A DNA stretch of 64,000 nt from an uncultured Lentisphaeraceae bacterium (GCA_937892925.1 CALBHX010000088.1:6554-70553), one strand, 5' to 3'. Counted from the stretch's first letter, positions 9,076 to 18,117 are shown. The notes: generated by a model not told the origin, from the letters alone. A program made the numbers and translations.

Positions 9076-11571
9076 CTAGAGAAGCTCCACCACGCCGGAA
9101 GAATCGGGGCTTTTGTGGCCGCGCACAACGGCGCGGATACGGCAGCCGTTGTTGCCGGTGGCTTCGGGGGGCAGGCTCAGCATAAAGACGTTGCAGCGCG
9201 AAGGGGTGCCGGCGAAGGCTTCCTGCGGGCGGAAGGTTTGCACGGCTGCGCCGTCCATTTCCACGGTTACTTCGCGGATATCGAGCCGTTCGCGCCCTTG
9301 TGTGTAGCGGAAGCGGAGCCGTTTGGCGGCGCGGAGGCGGTCTTCGGGCACATTCCAGGAAAGGGTACGCCAGCCGGTGCCCAGGTCGGCGGGGCTCCAG
9401 GCGCCGATGCGTTCGCCGGGCGTGGGCGCATCGAGCGTGGCCGGAAGGGAACGGATCAGCTGCAGGAGGGCTTCGGGCGAGGGGCTGGCGGCGGGCTCGG
9501 GGAGGGGCGTGCGCTGCTCAACCCAGGCTTGCTCAAAGGCGGAGAGGCGGGCGTTTTGCCCGGCGTTCTGTGCGGCCCACCAGCGTTGATAGCGCGGCAG
9601 GTAATAACCGCCGACGAGGCCTGACCAGACGCGGCAGGCATAGTCGTTGACCGGCGGCCCCCAGATGGAGATGATGCGCCGCGCGTTGGTTTCGTAGGCA
9701 TCGGCCAGGGCGGGGTTGTTTTCGGCGGCGGCGCGAGCTTGGGCAATCCAGCTGCGCAGATCGAGCGTGGGGTGGCCGCGCAGAACGGCATCGATGCCTT
9801 GAAAGAGGGCTTCGGCTTTGGCCTGGAGCTCGGCGGCCAGAGTCGGGTCGCCGGATTCGCGGGCTTGCTGTTCGGCACGGAGCACGGTTTCCAGGCGCAC
9901 GCCGGCGGCGAAGGCGGTTTGTTCGCGGAGATCTAGGGCGTAGAGGGGGGCGTTTTTCAGCGTGTCCGAGCAGGCGGCGAGGGCTTCTGCGGCGCGGAGG
10001 GTGTGCTCACCGCCCCGGAAGGAGCCGCGGCTGCCGCCGGGGGCTTTTTGCCAGCAGAAGAAGGGGTGCGGCTCCTGGCTGTGATAGGCGCCGGCGAGCT
10101 GCGCTTCCCAGAAGGCTTCGATGCCCGGGGCATCGGCACCGTAGCGGCAGCGGGAATAGGTGCGGAGCCAGGCGCGGAGATCGAGCGGTTCGCGGCGCCA
10201 GCCGGCGGCGGTGAGCAGCTCATAGATTACATCGTTGTTTTCGATGCCTTCCGGGGCGATGCCATATCCTTCCAGTGCGCCGCGCTCAGGATCGGCGAGG
10301 GCTTCGAGATGGGCGTTGGCGAGCCATTCGAGGGGTTCGCCGGGGAGGCTTTTGCCGCCCATGTTGGTGATGGTGCTCCAGACCCAGCGTTTGCCGAAGA
10401 AGCCGGGGAAGCGGCGCCAGTTCATGCCGTTGCGCCAGCGGAAGGCGTTGTAGTTTACGGCCATGTCGAGGATGAGGAGGCGGTTGTTGGGCACGCGGCT
10501 GAGGAGTGCTTGGGCGCGGGCGGGCGACCAGACGGCGCGGTCGTAACCGAACATCCAGCCCTGCATCACCCAGGTGGCACCGGGGTGGGCGTCTTGAATG
10601 GCCTGAAAGACATGTTCACCGCAGGCGGCAAGACCCTGCAAGGTTTCCGCTTCGGTTTTCCAGGGGAGTTTCATTTCGTTAAAACTATCGGCCAGCCAGT
10701 AATCGCACGAGCCGAACTCTTTTTCCCATTCTTCAACGAAGCGCCGCCCCAGCTCGCGGAAAAGGGGCTGATCGGGGGAGAGGAACCAGGCGTGAAAGCC
10801 GCTCCAGTTCATTTTGAGGAGCTTGGCTTCGGGGCGGACGCGTGTGAGCGCTTGGGGGACGAAGCCTGCGAAGCCGGGCACAATCGGCTTCATGCCCAGT
10901 GCGCGCATCTGCTTGAGAACGGCGTGCTGGATGCGGATGCTCCGCTCCTGCCAAGCCATGGGCAGGGGCGCATCCGGCCGGCCGGAGAGGTTGCCCATTC
11001 GCATCCAGGGCAGGTGCGCCGGCCCGCACGAGGCGGCATCGATCTCTTCCTGGGTAAGGCCGAGACTGCGCCAGACGCGCCCGGCAATGGCTTCGTTGGC
11101 AATCAGTGCCAGGGGCATGTCGATGCCGTGCAGTGCCATCCAGTCAATTTCCCGCATCCAGCGCGCTTCATCCCAGAAGGGCATGGTATAGCCGAAGGTA
11201 ACCACGTTGAAGTATTGATAGTGGCGGAAGGGGGCAACAACCCGTACAGGCGCAGAGGGGGCAAAAGCGGCGGCGGCATCGAAGCGGCTGCCTGTCCAGG
11301 AACAGATGCCGGCGCCTTTGGCGGTGGTGTTGGCATAGAAGGCTTTGCAGAGCGCCACGGGGGAGGAGCCGCGCAGGGTACGCCCATGATCGGCCACTTC
11401 ATAGACGGCGCATCCGTCTTCATCGGGGATCGTTTCCAGACGGAGCGTTTCTGCCACGGATTCGCCTGCGAAACGCGCCAGCACGCCGCGCGCCGCGGCG
11501 AGGCCTGTTTCCGAAACGGCTTGGGCGCCTGCTGCAATGAACGTGAGCGCAAGAATGAAAAAGGGCTTCAT
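9076..11571 (-). CDS. Alpha-N-acetylglucosaminidase (GH89, NAGLU-like) with a C-terminal beta-sandwich-like module
   Basis: ATG at 11571 with GGAGG 5 nt upstream. Signal peptide 'MKPFFILALTFIAAGAQA'. NAGLU-like 'FWDEARWMREIDWMALHGIDMPLA', 'GPAHLPWMRMGNL', 'PGFAGFVPQAL', 'SFNEM' and 'WSTITNMGGK'. Confidence 0.9.
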   Translation of the reverse strand: MKPFFILALTFIAAGAQAVSETGLAAARGVLARFAGESVAETLRLETIPDEDGCAVYEVADHGRTLRGSSPVALCKAFYANTTAKGAGICSWTGSRFDAAAAFAPSAPVRVVAPFRHYQYFNVVTFGYTMPFWDEARWMREIDWMALHGIDMPLALIANEAIAGRVWRSLGLTQEEIDAASCGPAHLPWMRMGNLSGRPDAPLPMAWQERSIRIQHAVLKQMRALGMKPIVPGFAGFVPQALTRVRPEAKLLKMNWSGFHAWFLSPDQPLFRELGRRFVEEWEKEFGSCDYWLADSFNEMKLPWKTEAETLQGLAACGEHVFQAIQDAHPGATWVMQGWMFGYDRAVWSPARAQALLSRVPNNRLLILDMAVNYNAFRWRNGMNWRRFPGFFGKRWVWSTITNMGGKSLPGEPLEWLANAHLEALADPERGALEGYGIAPEGIENNDVIYELLTAAGWRREPLDLRAWLRTYSRCRYGADAPGIEAFWEAQLAGAYHSQEPHPFFCWQKAPGGSRGSFRGGEHTLRAAEALAACSDTLKNAPLYALDLREQTAFAAGVRLETVLRAEQQARESGDPTLAAELQAKAEALFQGIDAVLRGHPTLDLRSWIAQARAAAENNPALADAYETNARRIISIWGPPVNDYACRVWSGLVGGYYLPRYQRWWAAQNAGQNARLSAFEQAWVEQRTPLPEPAASPSPEALLQLIRSLPATLDAPTPGERIGAWSPADLGTGWRTLSWNVPEDRLRAAKRLRFRYTQGRERLDIREVTVEMDGAAVQTFRPQEAFAGTPSRCNVFMLSLPPEATGNNGCRIRAVVRGHKSPDSSGVVELL

Positions 11572-11777
11572 GCCAACCTCCATGCTGGGGAAACGAATGT
11601 GAAGCAAAGCGAAACAGCGTTAGCTTAGCACAGGCGGGCAGGGGATGGCGCGGGTTTGCTGCGCGGGCATAGGGTTGTGTTCGGCGGTGCACAGGCGGCG
11701 GTGCGACGCAGAAGCGTTCTGCCCCGGGCTTGTCTGCCTGGGGCCGGGGCTTTTTGGGGGATGCGGGCGCAGGGCGT

Positions 11778-13979
11778 TTATGGCTGGCCGGCCGGGGCAA
11801 AGAGGTCGCGGCCATCGGGGGTGAGGGCACGGAGGGCTACGAGGGGGGCGGTGAGGGCGGCGCGCCAGGGGTGGCGGCCTTTTTCAAGGGCGAGGGTGAA
11901 GCGGCGCGGGGCATCGGCGCAGTCTCCGGCCTCGTATTCGAGGATGTGCGCCTCGTGCACCCAGAGCTGGCATCCGCCGCCGCCATGGGCTTCAAAGGTG
12001 ATGACGGCAGGCTCTTCGAGGGTGAGGCAGCCGTGGCGGAGGAGGCCGATGTGTTGTTTTGGGAGCTTGGGGAGGATGGCTGCGAGGCGTGTTTCGGGCA
12101 CTTCATGAACGGGCATGAGGGTGCGGAAGTCGGGCACCCATGGCCAGGTGCCCTGGTAGAGCCAGGCGGCGGCCTGGGGGGTTGGCAGGGCATCGTCAAG
12201 GGCGGGGAAAGGCGTTTCATCGAGGGCGCGGCGGGCTTTCCCCCCGGCATCGACGGCGGTGGGGGCGCCGCAGGCATCGGGGACTTTGCCGGTGGGGATG
12301 CGGCAGGTGACGAGGAGGGGGAGCAGCTGGCGGACGAGGTCGGGGCGCTGTGCGGCGAGGTTGCGGGTTTGGCCGGGGTCGTCGTCAAGGTTGTAGAGCT
12401 CGGGGGTGTTCTGATTTTTGCCGGAGTTGCGCAGGAGCACCCAGGAGCCGTGGCGGACGCTTTGCTCGAGGCCGAAGTGTTCGGGGGTGCCGCTGTCGAT
12501 ATACTCGGTGTAGAGGCGGCAGGGGAGCTGGCGGCCGGTGCCGGTGAGCTCGGGGAGGAGGGAGACGCCATCGGCATGGGCGGGGGGCGGCAGGCCGGCG
12601 GCATCGGCGAAGGTGGGCATCCAGCAGGTGAAGTTACTGGGCAGGTTGGAGGTTTTTCCGGCGGGGAGGATGCCGGGCCAGCGGGCGAAGGTGGGCTCAC
12701 GCAGGCCGCCTTCATAGCTCCAACGTTTCATGCCTTTAAACGGGCCGTTGGAGTCGAAGGCTTCTTCCACCCATTTGAGGCCGCCGGGGGTGAGGTATTC
12801 TCCGGAGGGGCCGTTGTCGGAGGTGAAGACGAGAAGGGTGTTTTGGTCGAGCCCGCGGAGTTTCAGGAAATGGAGCAGGTCGCCCATGGCGTCATCGAGC
12901 CGGCGGACGCTGGTGGCATAGCGGCGGAGGGAGGGGGTAGGGAAGGCGCGGGCGTCGGGGTGGATCCAGGTGTTGGCGGTTTGGGCGGTGGCCTTGCTGG
13001 CACCGGAGAGGGTGGCGCCGCCGCCCCATTCGGGATCTTCATCGGAGAGGGCAGGGTAGGGCGTGCCGGGGACGTGGAAGACGGCTTTATGGGTGATGGC
13101 CGGGTCGCAGACGCCGGCGTGGCCGGAGCCGTGGACGGTGGTGTAGCAGAGCTGGAGGAAGAAGGGCTGGGCGGGGGCGGTCTTCTGGTGGGCGCCAATG
13201 AGCTGCTTGGCTTTGGCGGTGAAGAGATCGGTGTCGTAGACGAAGCGGACTTCTTTGTTGGGGACGGGGCGTCGGAATTGGGCGGTTTTGGCGCCGGGCT
13301 CTTGGTCGCGCAGGAACCCTTCTGGGGAGCCTGCGGCGGCATAGGCCGCTTCGGAGTAGCTTTCGAGGATGGGGGATAGTTTGTCGGCGCGGTCGATATC
13401 GGTGGTGCCGGGAATGAAGCAGTGGTAGTAGCTGTGGCCGTGGAGGTGGGCAGGGTAGCCGTAAGCGTAGTCAAAGCCGGCCTGCCCGGGCATGGCGGTG
13501 CGGGGGGTGTGCGCCTGATAGCCGCCGCCGATGCCCCATTTGCCGAGGTGCCAGGTGGCGTAACCGCCGGCTTTGAGAACGGTGGCCAGCGTCATATGCG
13601 GATCGATGGCGTGATCGAAGCGGCTGTCGCGGACGTTGCAGTGGCCCTGGTTTTTGCCGGTCATGAGCGACGCGCGCGCGGCGATGCAGATAGGGGAGAC
13701 GGTGAGGTGCTGGGTGAGCTTGACGCCTTCGGCGGCGGCGCGGTCAAGGTTTGGGGTGAGGAGCTTGTGGGGGGCTTTGCGCTGAGCCTGCCAGAAGGTG
13801 CCCAAGTCGCCCCAGCCGAGGTCGTCGCAGAGCACGAGGATGATGTTTGGGCGGCTCCCGGAGCCGGCGCTTGCCCAGGGGTGAGCGCGGGTTCCGCTCT
13901 CGCCTCGGAGAGCGGCGGGGCAGGCGGAGGAAGCTGCGGCGGCACTGAGGGTGCGGAGGAAGCTGCGGCGGGAAATCAT
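11778..13979 (-). CDS. Sulfatase (formylglycine-dependent, Cys-type) with a twin-arginine signal and a C-terminal extra domain of about 250 aa
   Basis: 'MISRRSFLRTLSAAAASSA' is a Tat motif. 'NIILVLCDDLGWGDLG' is the metal site. 'SPICIAARASLMTG' fits the C-x-A-x-R FGly motif (Cys codon at 13686-13688). 'SDNG' and 'GGLREP' are present. The C-terminal tail 'WLYQGTWPWVPDF...' looks PA14/CBM-like. Confidence 0.9.
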   Translation of the reverse strand: MISRRSFLRTLSAAAASSACPAALRGESGTRAHPWASAGSGSRPNIILVLCDDLGWGDLGTFWQAQRKAPHKLLTPNLDRAAAEGVKLTQHLTVSPICIAARASLMTGKNQGHCNVRDSRFDHAIDPHMTLATVLKAGGYATWHLGKWGIGGGYQAHTPRTAMPGQAGFDYAYGYPAHLHGHSYYHCFIPGTTDIDRADKLSPILESYSEAAYAAAGSPEGFLRDQEPGAKTAQFRRPVPNKEVRFVYDTDLFTAKAKQLIGAHQKTAPAQPFFLQLCYTTVHGSGHAGVCDPAITHKAVFHVPGTPYPALSDEDPEWGGGATLSGASKATAQTANTWIHPDARAFPTPSLRRYATSVRRLDDAMGDLLHFLKLRGLDQNTLLVFTSDNGPSGEYLTPGGLKWVEEAFDSNGPFKGMKRWSYEGGLREPTFARWPGILPAGKTSNLPSNFTCWMPTFADAAGLPPPAHADGVSLLPELTGTGRQLPCRLYTEYIDSGTPEHFGLEQSVRHGSWVLLRNSGKNQNTPELYNLDDDPGQTRNLAAQRPDLVRQLLPLLVTCRIPTGKVPDACGAPTAVDAGGKARRALDETPFPALDDALPTPQAAAWLYQGTWPWVPDFRTLMPVHEVPETRLAAILPKLPKQHIGLLRHGCLTLEEPAVITFEAHGGGGCQLWVHEAHILEYEAGDCADAPRRFTLALEKGRHPWRAALTAPLVALRALTPDGRDLFAPAGQP

Positions 13980-14539
13980 GGGGTGGCTCCTGGGTAGCGA
14001 GTGTGCCAGAGAGCCCGGCGGCGGGCCGTTCCGGCGATGAGTTCGGAAAGCGTTACAGGCTTGAAGCCGTTGACGTCTACACCGGCGTTGTAGGCGTTGG
14101 GAAGGGTTTGAAGAAAGGGGTAGTAAGGATCGTTGGTGTTGGCGTGGATGTGTCCGTAGATGAGGTGGGAGCCGTGCTTTTTGCGGAACCAGTCCATCAT
14201 GGGGTAGTGGCAGCAGGTGAAGTAATTGCCTTTCTGCTCGCCCTCCAGAATGAAGCCGCTTTCAACGAACCAGTCGGCCAGCCGAAGCGTTTGAATCCAA
14301 CGGCGGTCGTGATTGCCGATGATCAGATGTTTCCGGCCGCGCAGGGCACGGAGATAATTCTCTACGGGGCGGGTGTTGCGGTAGGCAAAGTCGCCAACGA
14401 TATAAATGTCGTCAGCATCGGTTACACGGGCGTTCCAGCGGGTGATGAGATGCGCGTCCATGGCCTCTACCGAAGGGAAGCCGCGCAGGGCGCGCATTTT
14501 GTCATGCCCGAAATGCGTATCTGCAATGAAATAAACCAT
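13976..14539 (-). CDS. Metallophosphoesterase (calcineurin-like)
   Basis: 'FIADTHFGHD', 'VGDFAY', 'IGNHD', 'YGHIH'. ATG at 14539. The stop overlaps the sulfatase start by 4 nt. Confidence 0.75.
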   Translation of the reverse strand: MVYFIADTHFGHDKMRALRGFPSVEAMDAHLITRWNARVTDADDIYIVGDFAYRNTRPVENYLRALRGRKHLIIGNHDRRWIQTLRLADWFVESGFILEGEQKGNYFTCCHYPMMDWFRKKHGSHLIYGHIHANTNDPYYPFLQTLPNAYNAGVDVNGFKPVTLSELIAGTARRRALWHTRYPGATP

Positions 14540-14853
14540 ACGTTCATCATAACACAAGCGCGGGCGGGCGGGGGTGAGAAGGAGAGGTTTTGCGCCCTTT
14601 GTGCAGAGCTGTCCGCAGGAGGGGGGTGTATGGCGGAGCGGTGCCCCGAACGCGGAAGCCGCTCGCAGGGCTTTGGGGTGGAGCGCGCGGGGGAAACCGG
14701 CTTCCCGGTACGCATTGCCGGAGCGGCGCAGTACGGGCGGGCGCAGAAACGGTGCGTTGCGGAGGACGCACGCGGCGCGGCGGGTGGTTAAGGATTCGCC
14801 AAAGGGCTTGACGTTGTGGCATACTTCTCCATGCTGTTAACTCTCGGAAAAGG

Positions 14854-17496
14854 ATGATTATGAAGCGAGTACTCATGTTGGCTGTCGCGATGCTGACGGT
14901 GCTGTCGGCGCAAGCCTTCCCCGCCGTTGAGGGCTTGATTGCGCGGCGGCTCCCTGCGCACAAGGGGCAGATTGTACTGAAAGATTTGCCTGCGCCTAAG
15001 GCCGGCGAGCCGGAGCGATTCGCCTATGAAACCGTTGAGGGCAAGCTGGTGCTCGAGGGGAATACGCCTGTGGCGCAGGCCTCGGCATTGGGGTGGTATC
15101 TCCGGCATACGGCCAAGGTGGCGCCTTTTTGGGAAGGCTTCGATGCGGCGCGGCTCCCGGAAAAGCTTCCGGCGGCGGCGCGGGTCGAGCAGACCACGCC
15201 TTACGGCAAGCGCGTTTATTTCAACTACTGCACGCTCTCCTATTCCTGTGCTTTCTGGGACTGGGCGCGCTGGGAATATGAGATTGACCTGATGGCGATG
15301 CAGGGCGTGAATATGCCGCTGCAGGCCATTGGGCTGGAAGGCGTGTGGTATAAGATGCTTCAGCGGCCGGAGATCGGCTTTACGGAGGCCGAAGCGCGCG
15401 AGTTCCTTGTGGGGCCGGCCTATTTCGCCTGGCAGTGGATGACGAATATTGAACGGTTCGGCGGCCCGCTCCCAAAAGCCTTTATTGAAGACCATATTGC
15501 CCTTGGCCAGAAAATCACTGCGCGCGAGCGCGACTTCGGCATGACGCCGATCCAACAGGGCTTCACGGGCTTCGTCCCCCTGCGCATGAAGGAAAAGTTC
15601 CCTCAGGCAGCCATCAAGCAGCAGCCGCCATGGTGCGGGTGCTTCAACGGCAGTGCTCAGCTCGACCCGCTCGACCCGCTTTTCCCCAAGCTGGCCAAGG
15701 CCTTTTATGAGGAGCAGAAAGCCCTCTTCGGCGCTTACGGCTACTATGGCACCGATCCCTTCCATGAATCCGCGCCGCCTCAGCCGGGCGATGACTATCT
15801 CCGCAACGTGGGGCGCGTGATCTATGAAGCGGCTGTCGCCAGCGACCCCAATGCCACGCTCTGCATGCAATCGTGGTCTATTCGCGACCCTATTCTCAAC
15901 GCCATCCCAAAAGCTCACGCCCTCGTGCTTGATATCGGCGGCAAATGGCGCGCCAAGAAGGCCTTCGGCGGCTATCCCTTCGTGATCGGCACCATTCACA
16001 ACTTCGGCGGGCGCACGCGCCTCTTCGGCGATCTGAAAGGCCTGGCGAACAACCCCTTCCTCAACACGAAAAAGGCCGCCCCCAACTGTGTGGGCATGGG
16101 GCTCTTCCCTGAAGCCATCCAGAACAACCCCGCCTATTTCGCCATGGTCTTTGACCAGATGTGGCGGCAGGAAAAGACCGACTTCCGCCCTTGGCTTGAA
16201 GAGTACGTGGCCGCCCGTTACGGCGCTGCCTGGCCGGAAGCCATGCAGGCCTGGGAGAAACTCGTGGGCACCGTTTACCGCCCCGGCACCCGCGGCATGT
16301 CTTCGCTCATCGCCGCCCGCCCCGCCCTCAATGTCCGCATGGCCGATCCGAACTGGGGCTTTGGCATCCGCTACAATCCCCTCACCCTCCTGGACGCCTG
16401 GAAAGACCTCCTGAATACGGCCGCCGCTCACCCCGAGGCCGTCCGCGCCGCCGGTTTCCGCTTTGACGTGGTAGACGTGGGGCGCCATGTGATGGGCGAT
16501 GTGATCCATGCCCTTCATGCCGATGTGGCCAACGCGTATCTCGATGGCGATGCCGCCAAACTGAAGACCGCCTGCGAGACCTTTGCCGCCTTCGCCCGCG
16601 AGATGGACCGCCTCTGCGCCGCCGATCCGCTCACATCGTTTGAGAAGTGGGTGCAGGATGCCCGCGCCATGCCCGGCACGCAGGCCGATAAAGACCTCTA
16701 CGACTTCAACGCCGCCTGTCAGGTGACGCAGTGGGGGCACAATTACCGGCGCCCGCGCATCTACGAATACGCTTGGAAAGATTGGAGCGGTCTCATCCGC
16801 GACTACTACCTCCCCCGGTGGCAGCGCTTCCATGCCGCGCTCCAAAAAGCACTCGCCGAGGGCAAACCCTGGCAGAACGAAGACGACATCCCCACCAAAG
16901 ACTGGGGGCGCCCCGCCCTTCGCTCCACCCCCTTCCTCAACGCCCTGGCCGATTGGGAAGATCAGTGGATCGCCACCCCCCACACCGCCTATGCCCCCTA
17001 CACCCCCGGCGACCCCGTGGCCATCGGCCGGGATATCCTCCGCGTATGGGAGCCGCTCATGCGCGCCAAGCTCGCCGTCAACCCCATCGAGCAGCTCAAT
17101 GCCATGCGCCGGCGCATCGCCGACCGCGGCCTCTCCAAAGACCTCGGCACCGTGGTCAAACGCTGGGCGCCCAAAGACTGCTCCGTTAAAGAATGGCGCA
17201 CCTGGGAAATCGATGTAACCCCGCAGCTGGACGCCAACGGCACCTATGCCGTCACCTTCTCCTACACCAAAGGCGGCGCCCGCCTCGACATCGCCGAAGT
17301 CGCCCTCCTCCAAAACGGCGCCGAAGTCTCCAAAGACGTTCACCCCGGCACCACGGGCGACCGAAACGACAAAAACGTGTACACTCTCCGCTATGAAGAC
17401 CCCATCATTGGCGCCACGTTCAAGCTTCGTGCCAAAGTTAAAACACACGGCACAAACAAATCCAACGGCGTGGTGCAGATCCGCCGGGTGAAATAA
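14854..17496 (+). CDS. Alpha-N-acetylglucosaminidase (GH89), second paralog, with a related C-terminal module
   Basis: Signal peptide 'MIMKRVLMLAVAMLTVLSAQA'. 'FWDWARWEYEIDLMAMQGVNMPL', 'GPAYFAWQWMTNI', 'QGFTGFVP', 'IGTIHNFGGR'. The C-terminal ~115 aa resemble the C-terminus of the 9076-11571 product. Confidence 0.9.
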   Translation: MIMKRVLMLAVAMLTVLSAQAFPAVEGLIARRLPAHKGQIVLKDLPAPKAGEPERFAYETVEGKLVLEGNTPVAQASALGWYLRHTAKVAPFWEGFDAARLPEKLPAAARVEQTTPYGKRVYFNYCTLSYSCAFWDWARWEYEIDLMAMQGVNMPLQAIGLEGVWYKMLQRPEIGFTEAEAREFLVGPAYFAWQWMTNIERFGGPLPKAFIEDHIALGQKITARERDFGMTPIQQGFTGFVPLRMKEKFPQAAIKQQPPWCGCFNGSAQLDPLDPLFPKLAKAFYEEQKALFGAYGYYGTDPFHESAPPQPGDDYLRNVGRVIYEAAVASDPNATLCMQSWSIRDPILNAIPKAHALVLDIGGKWRAKKAFGGYPFVIGTIHNFGGRTRLFGDLKGLANNPFLNTKKAAPNCVGMGLFPEAIQNNPAYFAMVFDQMWRQEKTDFRPWLEEYVAARYGAAWPEAMQAWEKLVGTVYRPGTRGMSSLIAARPALNVRMADPNWGFGIRYNPLTLLDAWKDLLNTAAAHPEAVRAAGFRFDVVDVGRHVMGDVIHALHADVANAYLDGDAAKLKTACETFAAFAREMDRLCAADPLTSFEKWVQDARAMPGTQADKDLYDFNAACQVTQWGHNYRRPRIYEYAWKDWSGLIRDYYLPRWQRFHAALQKALAEGKPWQNEDDIPTKDWGRPALRSTPFLNALADWEDQWIATPHTAYAPYTPGDPVAIGRDILRVWEPLMRAKLAVNPIEQLNAMRRRIADRGLSKDLGTVVKRWAPKDCSVKEWRTWEIDVTPQLDANGTYAVTFSYTKGGARLDIAEVALLQNGAEVSKDVHPGTTGDRNDKNVYTLRYEDPIIGATFKLRAKVKTHGTNKSNGVVQIRRVK

Positions 17497-17537
17497 CCCC
17501 GCCTGCCGCTTGGGCTCGATTTCTCCTTTGGGTGTGG

Positions 17538-17580
17538 CAGGCCCGCGCCGGGGCATCCCGGCGCGGGCCTGTATGTTTCT
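17538..17580 (+). terminator. Rho-independent terminator after the GH89 gene
   Basis: 14-bp GC-rich stem, caggcccgcgccgg (17538-17551) pairing with ccggcgcgggcctg (17558-17571), followed by tatgtttctt. Confidence 0.65.
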
Positions 17581-17762
17581 TGCTGTGCTCCGCGGCACGC
17601 GGGAATCCGCTCTTTTACACCAGGCGCCGGAGCCTGCCCTGAAAACAAAACGCATGCATCCGGCGTGGCAGAGCTGCCTCCGCCCCGGCTTCTCAATTCA
17701 AACCCGCCCCGAGCCCGTGGCAGCCTCGCCCCGGGTTCGCCCCAAATCCGGGGCAGTCGTTT

Positions 17763-17924
17763 TTACATGCGGAATCCTTGCATAAGCGCAGCCTTGAACC
17801 GAACGAGGGTTATATCCTCAGGAGACAGGTCTAGAAGCTTTACAATATCTTTACAAATTGGTGGCGGAGTAAAGAATTGGCCCAAGACAAATTTTTGTTC
17901 TTGTGTATTTTTCGATTCAAGCAT
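17763..17924 (-). pseudogene. Remnant of the N-terminus of an N6-adenine DNA methyltransferase (gamma-class/type I-IIG style), truncated after about 40 aa
   Basis: Translation 'MLESKNTQEQKFVLGQFFTPPPICKDIVKLLDLSPEDITLV' carries the 'GQ(F/Y)FTPxx(I/V)' motif found near the N-terminus of HsdM/TaqI/Eco57I-type methylases. It then runs into unrelated residues and a stop. The patch is AT-rich in a GC-rich context. Confidence 0.4.
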
Positions 17925-18011
17925 GAAGAGCATTCTAACATAAAGTATCTGTAGCCGCGCTGACTGGGTGAAGTGGAAAACGTTCCGATTTCTCTCGCGC
18001 GGTGCGGGGGC

Positions 18012-18040
18012 TTGCGCTGGGGCGGGTGATGTGCTATAGT
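18012..18040 (+). promoter_or_regulatory. Candidate sigma70-type promoter for rpmI-rplT: TTGCGC-17 nt-TATAGT
   Basis: TTGCGC at 18012-18017 and TATAGT at 18035-18040, spaced exactly 17 nt. About 78 nt upstream of the rpmI ATG. Confidence 0.4.
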
Positions 18041-18117
18041 ATGCGGACTTTCCACTGAAGACGGCTTTCTGGCTGACTGCCGCCGACGTGGACGAACGCA
18101 AAACAAGGATCACGATC

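Noticed and set aside
10003-13379. Plus-strand ORFs 10003-11628 (541 aa) and 11730-13379 (549 aa)
   Set aside because: They are antisense to the GH89-1 and sulfatase genes. The translations are Gly/Ala/Glu-rich with no motifs.
14788-17655. 955-aa minus-strand ORF opposite GH89-2
   Set aside because: It is an antisense artefact. The plus-strand product aligns to GH89 motifs throughout.
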